DNA of 64,000 nt from Bacteroidia bacterium (GCA_044357345.1 JBIKPR010000005.1:2933-66932); one strand, 5' to 3'. Counted from the stretch's first letter, positions 51,990 to 60,868 are shown. Numbers and translations: made by a program. Notes: generated by a model from the letters alone, not told the origin.

Positions 51990-53315
51990 ATGTCAATGAA
52001 AAAACAGTTTTTAGCACCTATTTTATTTTTGAGTATGGTATCTTCAATTACTCAATTAAATGCCCAAGTAAAGCTCCTTAAAGGAATCCGTGATAATATG
52101 ATGGATGATCAAAACAAGGACGTTGCCTTAGCAAAATATGAAATAGACAAAGTGATGTTGCATCCTGAAACCAAAGATATGTGTGCTGCATGGGCATGGA
52201 AGGGTTTGGTTTATTCCGATATTGCTATGTCTGGAGATTCATCTATTTATAAATTAGATGAAAACCATAATGCCGCTGAATTATCGGCAGAAGCTTTCTT
52301 GAAATTCTATTCATGTTCAGAAGAGGAACAAGAGAAAATTGATGCCAAAACAGCAGCCGATGCATATTTAGTAAATTCAATTTCAGCTTGTTGGAACAAA
52401 GCTGTCTATGTAAGCCGTGAACCTGGTAAATATTATGAAGTTAAGAAATTAATGGGGTATGTTGAGCGTTTGCTTGTTTACGATAAAGAGGAAAAAGCAA
52501 AAACCAACAACGTTACCAGAGAGCAAGCCATTTACGCGGTTTGGAGAGCAGCCTATATCGATACATTGGTAGATGAAGAAATTGTATCACTTGAGAAATT
52601 AATTGCTGTTCCGAATTACATGAATTATGTTGTGTTTATAAGAATGGCTGAAATTTACAGTGCTAAAAAACAATATGAAAAAGCTTTAGAGTACCTTGAA
52701 AAAGGGAAAGCTAAAATACCTCAAAAATCAAGTGATTTTCTTGACATGCAGATTAATATTGAGATCGAAAGGGAGAATATGGTTGCTCTATTGACAAAAT
52801 TCAATGAAGCTATAGAATCTAATCCTGAGAATCCTGTGTATTATTTTTCTAGAGGTGTGGCTTACCACAAATTGAAAACGGATGAAATTAAGAATCAGGA
52901 TTTAGCTTACAAAAACAAAACGAATATTCCTGTCTCAAAATATTCATTTGCTCAAGGATTAAACGATTACCGCAAAGCATTAGAATTTGACAACGGATTT
53001 GTTAATGCCTCAAAAAACGAAGCGATTCTATTCTTTGATTCAGCAAACTATATCTATAGAATGCGTGCAAGAGTATCTGCTAATGAATATGAGAAATACA
53101 ATACTTTGTCAAGCAGCTTGTATAATCAAGCTCTACAGATGTTTGAAAGATTGAGAGAATCAGGCGCTTTAAAAGATCAGGATTTAATCGATGCATTAAA
53201 AGACATGATCATGATTTGTAATAAAATCAGCGATAAAGAGCACATGGATTTAAAAATCAAATACGAAGGTTTCTTAAAGTCAGAGAAGAGAAAGCAAGAG
53301 GCTACTAGTAAATAA
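51990..53315 (+). CDS. hypothetical secreted helical-repeat (TPR-like) protein
   Basis: Signal peptide (LFLSMVSSITQLNAQ) and helical repeat character (YSAKKQYEKALEYLEKG...). Function unknown. Confidence 0.5.
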   Translation: MSMKKQFLAPILFLSMVSSITQLNAQVKLLKGIRDNMMDDQNKDVALAKYEIDKVMLHPETKDMCAAWAWKGLVYSDIAMSGDSSIYKLDENHNAAELSAEAFLKFYSCSEEEQEKIDAKTAADAYLVNSISACWNKAVYVSREPGKYYEVKKLMGYVERLLVYDKEEKAKTNNVTREQAIYAVWRAAYIDTLVDEEIVSLEKLIAVPNYMNYVVFIRMAEIYSAKKQYEKALEYLEKGKAKIPQKSSDFLDMQINIEIERENMVALLTKFNEAIESNPENPVYYFSRGVAYHKLKTDEIKNQDLAYKNKTNIPVSKYSFAQGLNDYRKALEFDNGFVNASKNEAILFFDSANYIYRMRARVSANEYEKYNTLSSSLYNQALQMFERLRESGALKDQDLIDALKDMIMICNKISDKEHMDLKIKYEGFLKSEKRKQEATSK

Positions 53316-53321
53316 TCAAAT

Positions 53322-53347
53322 AAAGCCAAGGGAAACACCTTGGCTTT
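53322..53347. terminator. probable bidirectional terminator between convergent genes
   Basis: aaaGCCAAGG-gaaaca-CCTTGGCttt: a 7-bp GC-rich stem extended by A/T pairs. Confidence 0.6.
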
Positions 53348-53452
53348 ATTTACAATAATATTAGTTAACATAATATTAATTATAAGACAAAAGTGAATCA
53401 TAAAAAACTAATAATCAATTTCTTATAAATTACTTAAGTCTTGCATATCGAA

Positions 53453-53908
53453 TTAGATAAATTTCAAAACAGTATATTGTTTTGAATTGAGGGTAAATGA
53501 AAAGCCCTTTTTAGATTTCAATAATTCTTTTCCAATAGGCGATTGCAAAGAAATTGGAATGTAGACACATTGATCTAATGTTATGGGTTTAGAAAAAATC
53601 GAAAGAAAAAAAATGCCGTTATTGGTGTAAACCAAAGAACCTAAACCAATTGATTCTTGCTCCATGTTTAGTGATACAGTTAACAAAACTTTCTTTTGAT
53701 TTAAGATATCAATCAACTGACCGCTCATTTTTTCCTGCTCCATTTGCATCATACTCTTAGACGTATCATGCTTATCTCCTGCAGTACTTTTCGTCTCGTT
53801 TGCAGCTGAATCTTTATAAACGTTAAACTCAGATTGTAATATGTCGATTTTATCGTCAATTTGCTTCAAGCATAAATCTAATAGATTTTTTTTAAGTTCT
53901 ATAGACAT
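53453..53908 (-). CDS. GreA/GreB-like small protein (coiled-coil N-terminus + GreA-C-like domain)
   Basis: N-terminal coiled coil. C-terminal SLQSPIGKELLKSKKGFSF resembles the SP.G.AL.GK..GD block of the GreA C-domain. Confidence 0.5.
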   Translation of the reverse strand: MSIELKKNLLDLCLKQIDDKIDILQSEFNVYKDSAANETKSTAGDKHDTSKSMMQMEQEKMSGQLIDILNQKKVLLTVSLNMEQESIGLGSLVYTNNGIFFLSIFSKPITLDQCVYIPISLQSPIGKELLKSKKGFSFTLNSKQYTVLKFI

Positions 53909-53911
53909 TGC

Positions 53912-56776
53912 TTACATTTTTACCAATTTAAATACTTCAACTTTGTCGCCAGTTTTAATTGACAATGTATAAATTCCATCTGATAAACCAGCCATTGTCA
54001 AATCAAGATGACCATTGTTGAAGGTGGCTGTCTTGTTGTAAACAATGGTTCCTTGGGAATTAGTAATCGTTAACACTGTTGATTTTAGACCATTGACTCC
54101 ATTGTAGTTCACAGTGAAGATATCGCTAATTGGATTGGGATATACTTCCCATTCAGCTTTTAAAATGGTATTGCCACAAGTTCCTATATCAATCAATTCA
54201 TTCACACCATTTTTTCCCATAATTCTAATTTCACTAAATGTGAGATTCTCCTCAATTACGTAAAAATAAGCTCTGTTTGTTGAAGCAGGAATGCTAACAA
54301 TATTCTTCCATTCTTTGCCATTATAACCTTCAATAGAATAAGCCAAATACTGCTCGTTATCATATACAATAAAGCTAATTTCTTTTCCCTTAATCGTATT
54401 AAAACAATTTATGTCAGCGGCTTTTATTGGCAATCCTATGCAATTAATATTTACTGTTTGTGAGTCAATGTTTTGACAATTGCTTATCGGATTTACCACC
54501 CTTAAAGTTCCTAAAATATTGCCAGAACTTGAATAAAGAATATTTCCTGGGGAATTTAAGCCAAGTCCTGCAGTGTCTAAAGGATTTCCACTTACAAAAT
54601 GCCAATTGTATACAAATGAAATTCCGTTATTCAGGGTGCTTGACCAAGTTGCGGTATCCATGCAATATGGATTTAAAGCTGTAATTGTTTCTGAAACTGG
54701 TAAATTTAATGCTGTTAAATTTACGGTATCTCTTTTAATACAAGTGCTTAATGTATCTGTTGCTGTTAATATCCAAGCATTACTTGCTGCTACTTTAATA
54801 CTCAATGTGTCTCGTGTAATTCCAGAAAGATTCCAGCGGTAATTTGTATTAATGGAATTTTTCTTTAATCCTATTTTTGCAATTGAATTTTTACAAACCG
54901 TTGTATCCCTGCCTGCATTAAGCAACGGAACCCTTAATTCACTTGTTGAAATGGTGTCAAAAATACCTTGGGCCAAGTTATAATAAGTCCCGCTCCCACT
55001 TAATTGCAGTTTAATAGCTCTAAGCATATATACATTGTTTCCAGTTAAGGGAGAATTGTCTTTCCAAAACAAATTTGATGTTGTTCCAATTTGTGTAAAG
55101 GAACTATCAATATGTTTTGCTCTGAAAATGTAATACGAATGAACAGCGGTATCGACAGAAGCTTGCCATGTCAATTTGAAAGACATATTACAACTGTCTT
55201 GACGAACCAATAAATTATGGGCTGGATCTAGAGGTTGCATTCTTACTGTAGGGTCGCCCATAAGAGATGAATGCACTTGGAAAGAATTGTATTTAAAGTA
55301 AGTTACGGGATACAAAGGAATGGTCCACCCAACAATTGGCGTCCAAAAAGAATCGTAATTATTTTGTGAACGCATTGCTGAAAAACCAATGGTTTCTCCC
55401 ATTGCCATATGGTGAAAATACCAATGCGGTCGTCCAATCCAAAATGAATTTAAAACATTTCCTTTCGCCGCAAGCGGAGCTCGTAAAAAGTTATTCGCTG
55501 TATCCCAATCGCCAAAAAAAGACCCGATGAAACCAGTGAAAACACTTTTGATAGACTGGCTTGTTGATGCCATGTCTGCTGTAGTACCAATCCCCGTACA
55601 ACTCAAGTATGTACCAGCTCCAAAACCAAAGCTCCACAAATAGTCTTGGGTATTTAAGGTTGTCAAGTAATTTAGATTTTTAACCACACTATCAGCAATT
55701 AATGGTGCCATGTTTCGGTAAGAACTTGTTCCAAAATGCTCATAATTACCACCTGCATTTACTAAACCAAAATTATCATCCAACAAGCAACGTTCTTTAA
55801 TGGTAAGCAATTTGTGCTTAAATGAATGGTTTTTAATGAAATATCTTTTCAATAATTCTCTTTCTATATGACTGGTATCTGGAACATCATTTTTAAACAA
55901 TGTCATATTTGACAAATCAATTCTACCAACTTGTAATTGGAGCAAATTGGGCAATTCAGTTACATCAAATTTACCATCATTAGGAACATTTCTATTTGCT
56001 GGTCTAACACCCAAATTATTGGTCACCAATGAATCCGTCCAAACAGTTGGGCTCATACTGCCATAATATAAATCAGTTGGCCAAGCGCCTTCATGACTTG
56101 GTCCCAATCCTGACCAGGATACATGCTCATCAGGCGGTGGAATACCGCTAGAACCGTTGTAGTAATAGTTACCGGAATAAGGTACTGCAATATCACCTAT
56201 TAAAACAACACTTTTAACATCGCTTGGATCTAAATTATATTGAGAGACAATATACGATTTAATTTGTGGAACAGTCGTATTCGGAGAAACCCACTTGAGT
56301 ATTGTCTTCCATCCATCGCCTATTAAATCATTGCGATAAGTTCGGATTTCATTTTCTAAAAACGTTTTATTGGTGCTATCTACAATTAATAAAATTTTTC
56401 CTCTTTGGCTTGTTTCAGCTAGTTTATTTGCAGCATAAACAAAACCATAAATTGGAACACCATCAGGACCATAATCTTTCTCAAACATATATTCATATGC
56501 TTTTCCTGTAATAATGGTATCATTAAAACTGCTATCTCTGTTTCCTAGTATACGGTATGGATTTTCCCAATCGTATCGCTCCTTATTTTTTCGGTAAACG
56601 TATTGACTCGAAGCAGTTGGACTGCGATAATGCCATTTAAATTCTAAAATACTTTGGGTAGAATTATATACCCTTGCTTTACAATTTACTTCCAAAGAAT
56701 AGTTTCTAATTACTTGGGCATTTGAAACAGAACAGGCTTGTAATACAAACAATAAAAAAGATATTTTTTTAAACAA
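53912..56776 (-). CDS. large secreted protein with T9SS type A C-terminal sorting domain, possibly with a C25 (gingipain)-like peptidase-fold domain
   Basis: Signal peptide. C-terminus WEVYPNPISDIFTVNY...GIYTLSIKTGDKVEVFKLVKM fits the Por CTD. The N-terminal region (KILLIVDSTNK...VVLIGDIAVPY) loosely recalls C25-like domains. Catalytic residues were not verified. Confidence 0.6.
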   Translation of the reverse strand: MFKKISFLLFVLQACSVSNAQVIRNYSLEVNCKARVYNSTQSILEFKWHYRSPTASSQYVYRKNKERYDWENPYRILGNRDSSFNDTIITGKAYEYMFEKDYGPDGVPIYGFVYAANKLAETSQRGKILLIVDSTNKTFLENEIRTYRNDLIGDGWKTILKWVSPNTTVPQIKSYIVSQYNLDPSDVKSVVLIGDIAVPYSGNYYYNGSSGIPPPDEHVSWSGLGPSHEGAWPTDLYYGSMSPTVWTDSLVTNNLGVRPANRNVPNDGKFDVTELPNLLQLQVGRIDLSNMTLFKNDVPDTSHIERELLKRYFIKNHSFKHKLLTIKERCLLDDNFGLVNAGGNYEHFGTSSYRNMAPLIADSVVKNLNYLTTLNTQDYLWSFGFGAGTYLSCTGIGTTADMASTSQSIKSVFTGFIGSFFGDWDTANNFLRAPLAAKGNVLNSFWIGRPHWYFHHMAMGETIGFSAMRSQNNYDSFWTPIVGWTIPLYPVTYFKYNSFQVHSSLMGDPTVRMQPLDPAHNLLVRQDSCNMSFKLTWQASVDTAVHSYYIFRAKHIDSSFTQIGTTSNLFWKDNSPLTGNNVYMLRAIKLQLSGSGTYYNLAQGIFDTISTSELRVPLLNAGRDTTVCKNSIAKIGLKKNSINTNYRWNLSGITRDTLSIKVAASNAWILTATDTLSTCIKRDTVNLTALNLPVSETITALNPYCMDTATWSSTLNNGISFVYNWHFVSGNPLDTAGLGLNSPGNILYSSSGNILGTLRVVNPISNCQNIDSQTVNINCIGLPIKAADINCFNTIKGKEISFIVYDNEQYLAYSIEGYNGKEWKNIVSIPASTNRAYFYVIEENLTFSEIRIMGKNGVNELIDIGTCGNTILKAEWEVYPNPISDIFTVNYNGVNGLKSTVLTITNSQGTIVYNKTATFNNGHLDLTMAGLSDGIYTLSIKTGDKVEVFKLVKM

Positions 56777-57179
56777 TATGTATTTTTGGAATTATTACCA
56801 CAAATATAAGTAATAATTCAAGTCAATTTGTCGGTTTTTCAGGGACATTATAATCTAGTAAAAATATGTGTTTTTATCTGTTGATATCAAACATAAAATA
56901 CTCATTATTAAATATTTATTATTTTTCAAAAAAAATATAAAACACTTTATCTTTGGTGTTTAATACTTAAAAATTAAATACGTATTTTCTCGAAACTATT
57001 CTTAAAAATCACTAATTGTGTTGGTAAGCTGTCCATTTAAAAAAAATTACTATAAGTTGAAAATCTTTTTCGACAATTTAGTCATCAACCAAGGAATCAA
57101 ATCATTACTTACCTTAAGATAGATGAAAAAATGTATATAATATTTGCAATTAGTGGGAAATATGATTTTTTTTTAATTG

Positions 57180-57187
57180 TATATTTG
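57180..57187 (+). promoter_or_regulatory. candidate -7 promoter box (TATATTTG) for the DUF3127 gene
   Basis: TAnnTTTG match 20 nt upstream of ATG 57207, at the end of a 430-bp AT-rich divergent intergenic region. Confidence 0.35.
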
Positions 57188-57206
57188 TAGTTCAATCTTT
57201 ATTAAC

Positions 57207-57587
57207 ATGGAAATTACAGGAAGAATTATTCAGAAACTCGGATTACAAGAAGGAACCAGTGCAAAAGGCGGTTGGAAAAAACAAGATTTCATAGTTGAAA
57301 CTAGCGAAAAATTTCCAAAAAAAGTTTGTGTATCTGCATGGACTGAAAAAGTTGATGATTTAAATAGATTTAATATTAACGATGATGTTAAGTTATCTGT
57401 GAATCTAGAAAGCCGTGAATACAATGGCAAATGGTATACAGATGTGAGATTTTGGAAAATCGAAGCTGCAAGTGCTGCAGCTAATGGAAATCCTCCTGAA
57501 GCCAATAGAACAACCAGTCAAGCGCCTCCAGTTTTTGAAGACATGGGTTCTTCAAACAATGACAGCAATGACGATCTTCCATTCTAG
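57207..57587 (+). CDS. DUF3127-like protein with SSB-like disordered linker and acidic DDLPF C-terminal tip
   Basis: MEITGRIIQKLGLQEGTSAKGGWKKQDFIVET...REYNGKWYTDVRFWKIE matches my recollection of DUF3127. The tail is AASAAANGNPPEANRTTSQAPPVFEDMGSSNNDSNDDLPF. I moved the start to ATG 57207. Confidence 0.65.
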   Translation: MEITGRIIQKLGLQEGTSAKGGWKKQDFIVETSEKFPKKVCVSAWTEKVDDLNRFNINDDVKLSVNLESREYNGKWYTDVRFWKIEAASAAANGNPPEANRTTSQAPPVFEDMGSSNNDSNDDLPF

Positions 57588-57597
57588 TTAGACGTAT

Positions 57598-58668
57598 ATG
57601 GACAAAAAAAGTAATCTTTTTTTATACAATTACCTTAACAACACCTCTCCTACAGGATTTGAAACTTCTGGTCAAAAGATATGGCTTGAGTATTTAAAGC
57701 CTTATATAGATGAATACATAACAGACGCTTATGGTTCAGTTGCAGGAATTATTAATCCTGGTAAAAAATACAAGGTGGTTATTGAAGCACATGCCGACGA
57801 AATTTCTTGGTTTGTAAAGTTCATTAGTGAAGATGGGTATATTTATGTTACAAGAAATGGTGGATCAGATCATATGATTGCGCCATCTATGCGCGTAAAT
57901 ATTCTAACTGAAAAAGGTCCAGTAAAAGGCATTTTTGGATGGCCTGCAATCCATGTTAGATCTGCGGAAAAGGAAATTACACCAAGTATGGACAACATTT
58001 TTATCGATGTAGGCTGTTCAAAAAAATCTGAAGTTGAAAAATTAGGTATTCATGTGGGTTCTGTTGCCGTATTTGAAGATGAGCTGATGGAATTAAACGA
58101 AAACTATCTTTGCGGCAGAGCTTTAGACAACCGAATTGGTGGTTATATGATTGCTGAAGTTGCAAGAAAAATAAAAGAGAAAAAGAAATCACTTCCTTTT
58201 AGTTTATACATCGTCAATGCCGTGCAAGAAGAAATTGGACTAAGAGGTGCTGAAATGATCTCTAGAAAAATCAAACCTGATGTTGCAATTATTACAGATG
58301 TTTGCCACGATACCCATTCGCCTTTATACGATAAAAAGAAACAGGGAGACCAAAAATGTGGCAATGGACCTGTATTAACTTATGGCCCAGCGGTGCAAAA
58401 TAATCTTTTGAAAATGATTATTGAAGTGGCAGATAAAAAGAAGATACACTTTCAGAGAGCTGCTGTGAGTAGAAGTACTGGAACAGATACTGATAGTTTT
58501 GCATACAGTGGAGAAGGTGTTCCATCTGCTTTGATTTCACTTCCCCTTAAATACATGCACACAACAGTTGAAACGGTTCACAAGGGTGATTTAGAAAAAG
58601 TAATAGATTTAATGTATGAATTCATCATTCAACTAAAATCTGGTCACGATTTTAGATACATCAAATAA
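57598..58668 (+). CDS. M42-family metallo-aminopeptidase (FrvX/YsdC/CelM-like)
   Basis: Family blocks (IEAHADEISW, GRALDNRIGG, VQEEIGLRGA), 356 aa. Confidence 0.85.
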   Translation: MDKKSNLFLYNYLNNTSPTGFETSGQKIWLEYLKPYIDEYITDAYGSVAGIINPGKKYKVVIEAHADEISWFVKFISEDGYIYVTRNGGSDHMIAPSMRVNILTEKGPVKGIFGWPAIHVRSAEKEITPSMDNIFIDVGCSKKSEVEKLGIHVGSVAVFEDELMELNENYLCGRALDNRIGGYMIAEVARKIKEKKKSLPFSLYIVNAVQEEIGLRGAEMISRKIKPDVAIITDVCHDTHSPLYDKKKQGDQKCGNGPVLTYGPAVQNNLLKMIIEVADKKKIHFQRAAVSRSTGTDTDSFAYSGEGVPSALISLPLKYMHTTVETVHKGDLEKVIDLMYEFIIQLKSGHDFRYIK

Positions 58669-58814
58669 TAAATTTGGTAAATGAAAATCTCAAAATATCA
58701 AGGAGATATAGGTTTTCACAAAAGCGACTAAATGAATAAACTCAATTTATTCAAAATTTTATCCAATAAATACAATTAAACAAATTTTACAAATGGGAGT
58801 GAAATATTAAGCGC

Positions 58815-59693
58815 ATGAAAATTGTAAATAAATTGCTTAATAAACTAAGCATTCAACTTTTATTAATACTTTCAAGACTCCCATTGCCTCTTTTGTATGT
58901 CATATCTGATATACTTTATATCATATTCTACAAGTTAATCAAATATAGAGTAAAGGTAGTTAAAAGCAATTTACTCCATTCATTTCCAAAAAAATCTGCC
59001 GTTGAAAGATTGGAAATAGAAAAGAAATACTACCAGTATCTATGCGATCTAATTGTTGAGTCGGTTAAAGGATTTACAATTGGAGAAAATGAATTAAAGC
59101 AAAGAATGGTCTATAACAATATGGACTTAATTGAACAATTGTATAAAGATAAAAAAAGTGCAATTATTATTATGGGACATTGTGGCAATTGGGAATGGGT
59201 TTGTCGTTCAGGTCCATTATTTATGAAAAATAGACTCGTTGGGGTATACAAACCATTGACAAACAAGTATTTTGATCGTTTAATGAACAAAACTAGAACC
59301 GCGTTTGGTGTTGAACAAATACCTATGGCACAAATTGCAAGGTACATCATGGTTCAAAAGAGCCCATTTCTATTAATTTTAATCGCCGATCAATCGCCTT
59401 CAGATATTGACTCGTCATACTGGACAGAATTTTTAAATCAAGATACAGCAGTTCTGCCAGGGGCTGAAAAGCTAGCAATAAAGTTCAATTTGCCTGTATA
59501 TTTTACAAATGTAAAGTCTTATAAAAGAGGATATTATACTTGCGATACTAAATTAATAGTTGAGACTCCTAGTAATTTCCAAGAAAGTGAGATTACCAAA
59601 CTACACACCCAAGTATTAGAGGATATAATTATGGAAAATCCTCATAATTGGTTGTGGAGCCATAAAAGGTGGAAGCTAAAAAGAAGCAATTAA
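58815..59693 (+). CDS. lipid A biosynthesis (LpxL/HtrB-type) lysophospholipid acyltransferase family protein
   Basis: N-terminal membrane anchor and the HCGNWEW motif (the H.GNWE block of the HtrB/MsbB family). Confidence 0.75.
   Translation: MKIVNKLLNKLSIQLLLILSRLPLPLLYVISDILYIIFYKLIKYRVKVVKSNLLHSFPKKSAVERLEIEKKYYQYLCDLIVESVKGFTIGENELKQRMVYNNMDLIEQLYKDKKSAIIIMGHCGNWEWVCRSGPLFMKNRLVGVYKPLTNKYFDRLMNKTRTAFGVEQIPMAQIARYIMVQKSPFLLILIADQSPSDIDSSYWTEFLNQDTAVLPGAEKLAIKFNLPVYFTNVKSYKRGYYTCDTKLIVETPSNFQESEITKLHTQVLEDIIMENPHNWLWSHKRWKLKRSN
59502..59515. promoter_or_regulatory. isolated perfect copy of the 14-bp palindrome TTTACAAATGTAAA inside the acyltransferase CDS
   Basis: Identical to operator copies 2 and 3 of the 60507-60586 array. 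It encodes ..FTNVK.. in frame. A half-site TTTACAAATG also occurs at 58786-58795, 20 nt upstream of the acyltransferase ATG. Confidence 0.4.
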
Positions 59694-59801
59694 TTAGTAT
59701 TCAACGGATTTATTCATTGAAGTACATATTTATATGCTTTTATTTTATTTTTTCAATTAAAGAAGTTGCAGAGTGCAAAAACATTTTTATATTTGCAAGG
59801 T

Positions 59802-60140
59802 ATGGCAATGAGTAAAAAATCACTGTTTGATGAGTCTGAAATTGAACTTAGTACAGTATGTAAAGCAATGGGGCATCCGGCAAGGATTAAAATCATTAAA
59901 ATTCTATTGGCTAAGAACGATCAAACATGCCAGGAGATAGTTGATAAACTTCCATTAAGTCAATCTACTGTATCTCAGCACCTAAGCGAGCTTAGAAATG
60001 CACAGCTAATAAAAGGCAAAAACCATAAGACCAGTGTCATATACAGTGTAGACAAAGATTATTTAGCTAAATCTCAAAAGATGTTGAGCGAGCTGTTCTA
60101 TGCCCACATTTTTAATGTCAAGCAGACTACCCTTTTCTAA
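59802..60140 (+). CDS. ArsR/SmtB-family HTH transcriptional regulator
   Basis: ALGHPARIKII-type block (AMGHPARIKIIKILL) and recognition-helix region LPLSQSTVSQHLSELRNAQLI. I prefer ATG 59802 to the TTG at 59766. A TATATTTG box at 59788-59795 sits only 7 nt before this ATG, so either the mRNA is leaderless or the start lies elsewhere. Confidence 0.8.
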   Translation: MAMSKKSLFDESEIELSTVCKAMGHPARIKIIKILLAKNDQTCQEIVDKLPLSQSTVSQHLSELRNAQLIKGKNHKTSVIYSVDKDYLAKSQKMLSELFYAHIFNVKQTTLF

Positions 60141-60141
60141 A

Positions 60142-60483
60142 TTATTTAACTGCTTCTAAATACTCTTGAAAGTCTGTAATTAAGCTTCCAAGTTCCTTTT
60201 GCACTTCCTTAATCTTATTTAAACGATCTAATGCATCGTTTTTTATTATCTCTATAAATTGCCCTTTTTGAGATCTTAACATCTCCCCATGGCCGAATAG
60301 CAGCCAATCTGGACTTATATCTTCAAAATTCTTAAGTATTGTAATAATTAAATCAGTACTGGCTTTGTTTCTCCCAGAATTGATATGGGACATAACAGCA
60401 TTTGATATACCAACTTTGTTGGCAAACTCAATTCGACTTAGGTCTGAGTAGTTAAAAACCTCTATTATCCTGGATTCAAGCAT
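60142..60483 (-). CDS. XRE-family HTH transcriptional regulator with C-terminal coiled coil
   Basis: HTH_3 pattern (LSRIEFANKVGISNAVMSHINSGRNKAS), then DWLLFGHGEML, then a ~45-aa helical tail. Convergent with the ArsR gene, with 1 nt between the stop codons. Confidence 0.8.
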   Translation of the reverse strand: MLESRIIEVFNYSDLSRIEFANKVGISNAVMSHINSGRNKASTDLIITILKNFEDISPDWLLFGHGEMLRSQKGQFIEIIKNDALDRLNKIKEVQKELGSLITDFQEYLEAVK

Positions 60484-60506
60484 CTTATATATATTGTTTA
60501 AGTGTA

Positions 60507-60586
60507 TTTACAGGTGTAAATTAACCCCTTTACAAATGTAAAACAATTGCTTTACAAATGTAAACAGGTCTTTTTACATTTGTAAA
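60507..60586. promoter_or_regulatory. array of four 14-bp palindromic operators TTTACAnnTGTAAA with exact 22-bp phasing, overlapping candidate divergent promoter boxes
   Basis: Sites at 60507-60520 (nn=GG), 60529-60542 (AA), 60551-60564 (AA) and 60573-60586 (TT), each separated by an 8-bp spacer. Sites 2 and 3 read TACATTTG (TAnnTTTG -7 box) on the minus strand, toward the XRE gene. Site 4 reads it on the plus strand. The array begins 23 nt upstream of the XRE start codon. Confidence 0.6.
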
Positions 60587-60798
60587 CATTTTATATACCA
60601 GAACTAAATACACTTATACTATTGAATATTAGGCATTTGTGGATTTTACGCTTGTTAATGAGTTGTAGAAACTTATATAATTTACTTAGAAAATAGGTTG
60701 ATTCTTAAATCTACTGTTGAAAACAAACAATTCCAATTGTAGAAATGGACATAAATATATGCTTTTTATAATATCTATAATTAAATGATATTTAAATA

Positions 60799-60868
60799 CT
60801 TATATATATTGTTTTATGAAATATTAATAAGATTTACAGGCGTTCTGCCCCCTATTTACAAATGAAAT
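60799..60868. repeat. degenerate duplicate of the XRE leader/operator segment
   Basis: The motif order CTTATATATATTGTTT - ATTTACAGG - CCCC - TTTACAAATG seen at 60484-60538 recurs at 60799-60864 with different spacing. The second 14-mer is degenerate (TTTACAAATGAAAT). Confidence 0.5.

Noticed and set aside
56777-57176. 430-bp AT-rich intergenic region upstream of the DUF3127 gene, examined for ncRNA, repeats or riboswitch-like structure.
   Set aside because: I found no convincing stem-loops, repeats or conserved-looking motifs by eye. It is most simply a divergent promoter region.
58733-58753. Weak AT-only hairpin (TGAATAAA-N5-TTTATTCA) after the M42 peptidase gene, considered as a terminator.
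   Set aside because: The stem is 8 bp of A/T pairs only, with a poor U-tract, so it is too weak to call.
60507-60586. Regularly spaced repeats considered as a mini CRISPR array.
   Set aside because: The repeats are 14-bp palindromes with 8-bp spacers, far too short for CRISPR. There are only four units and no cas genes, and the position directly upstream of an HTH regulator fits an operator array.
60785-60865. 26-aa hydrophobic small ORF considered as a type I toxin-like peptide.
   Set aside because: There is no supporting evidence: no recognisable RBS or promoter of its own and no antitoxin RNA signature I can verify. It is mentioned only as a possibility under the ORF-free region finding.
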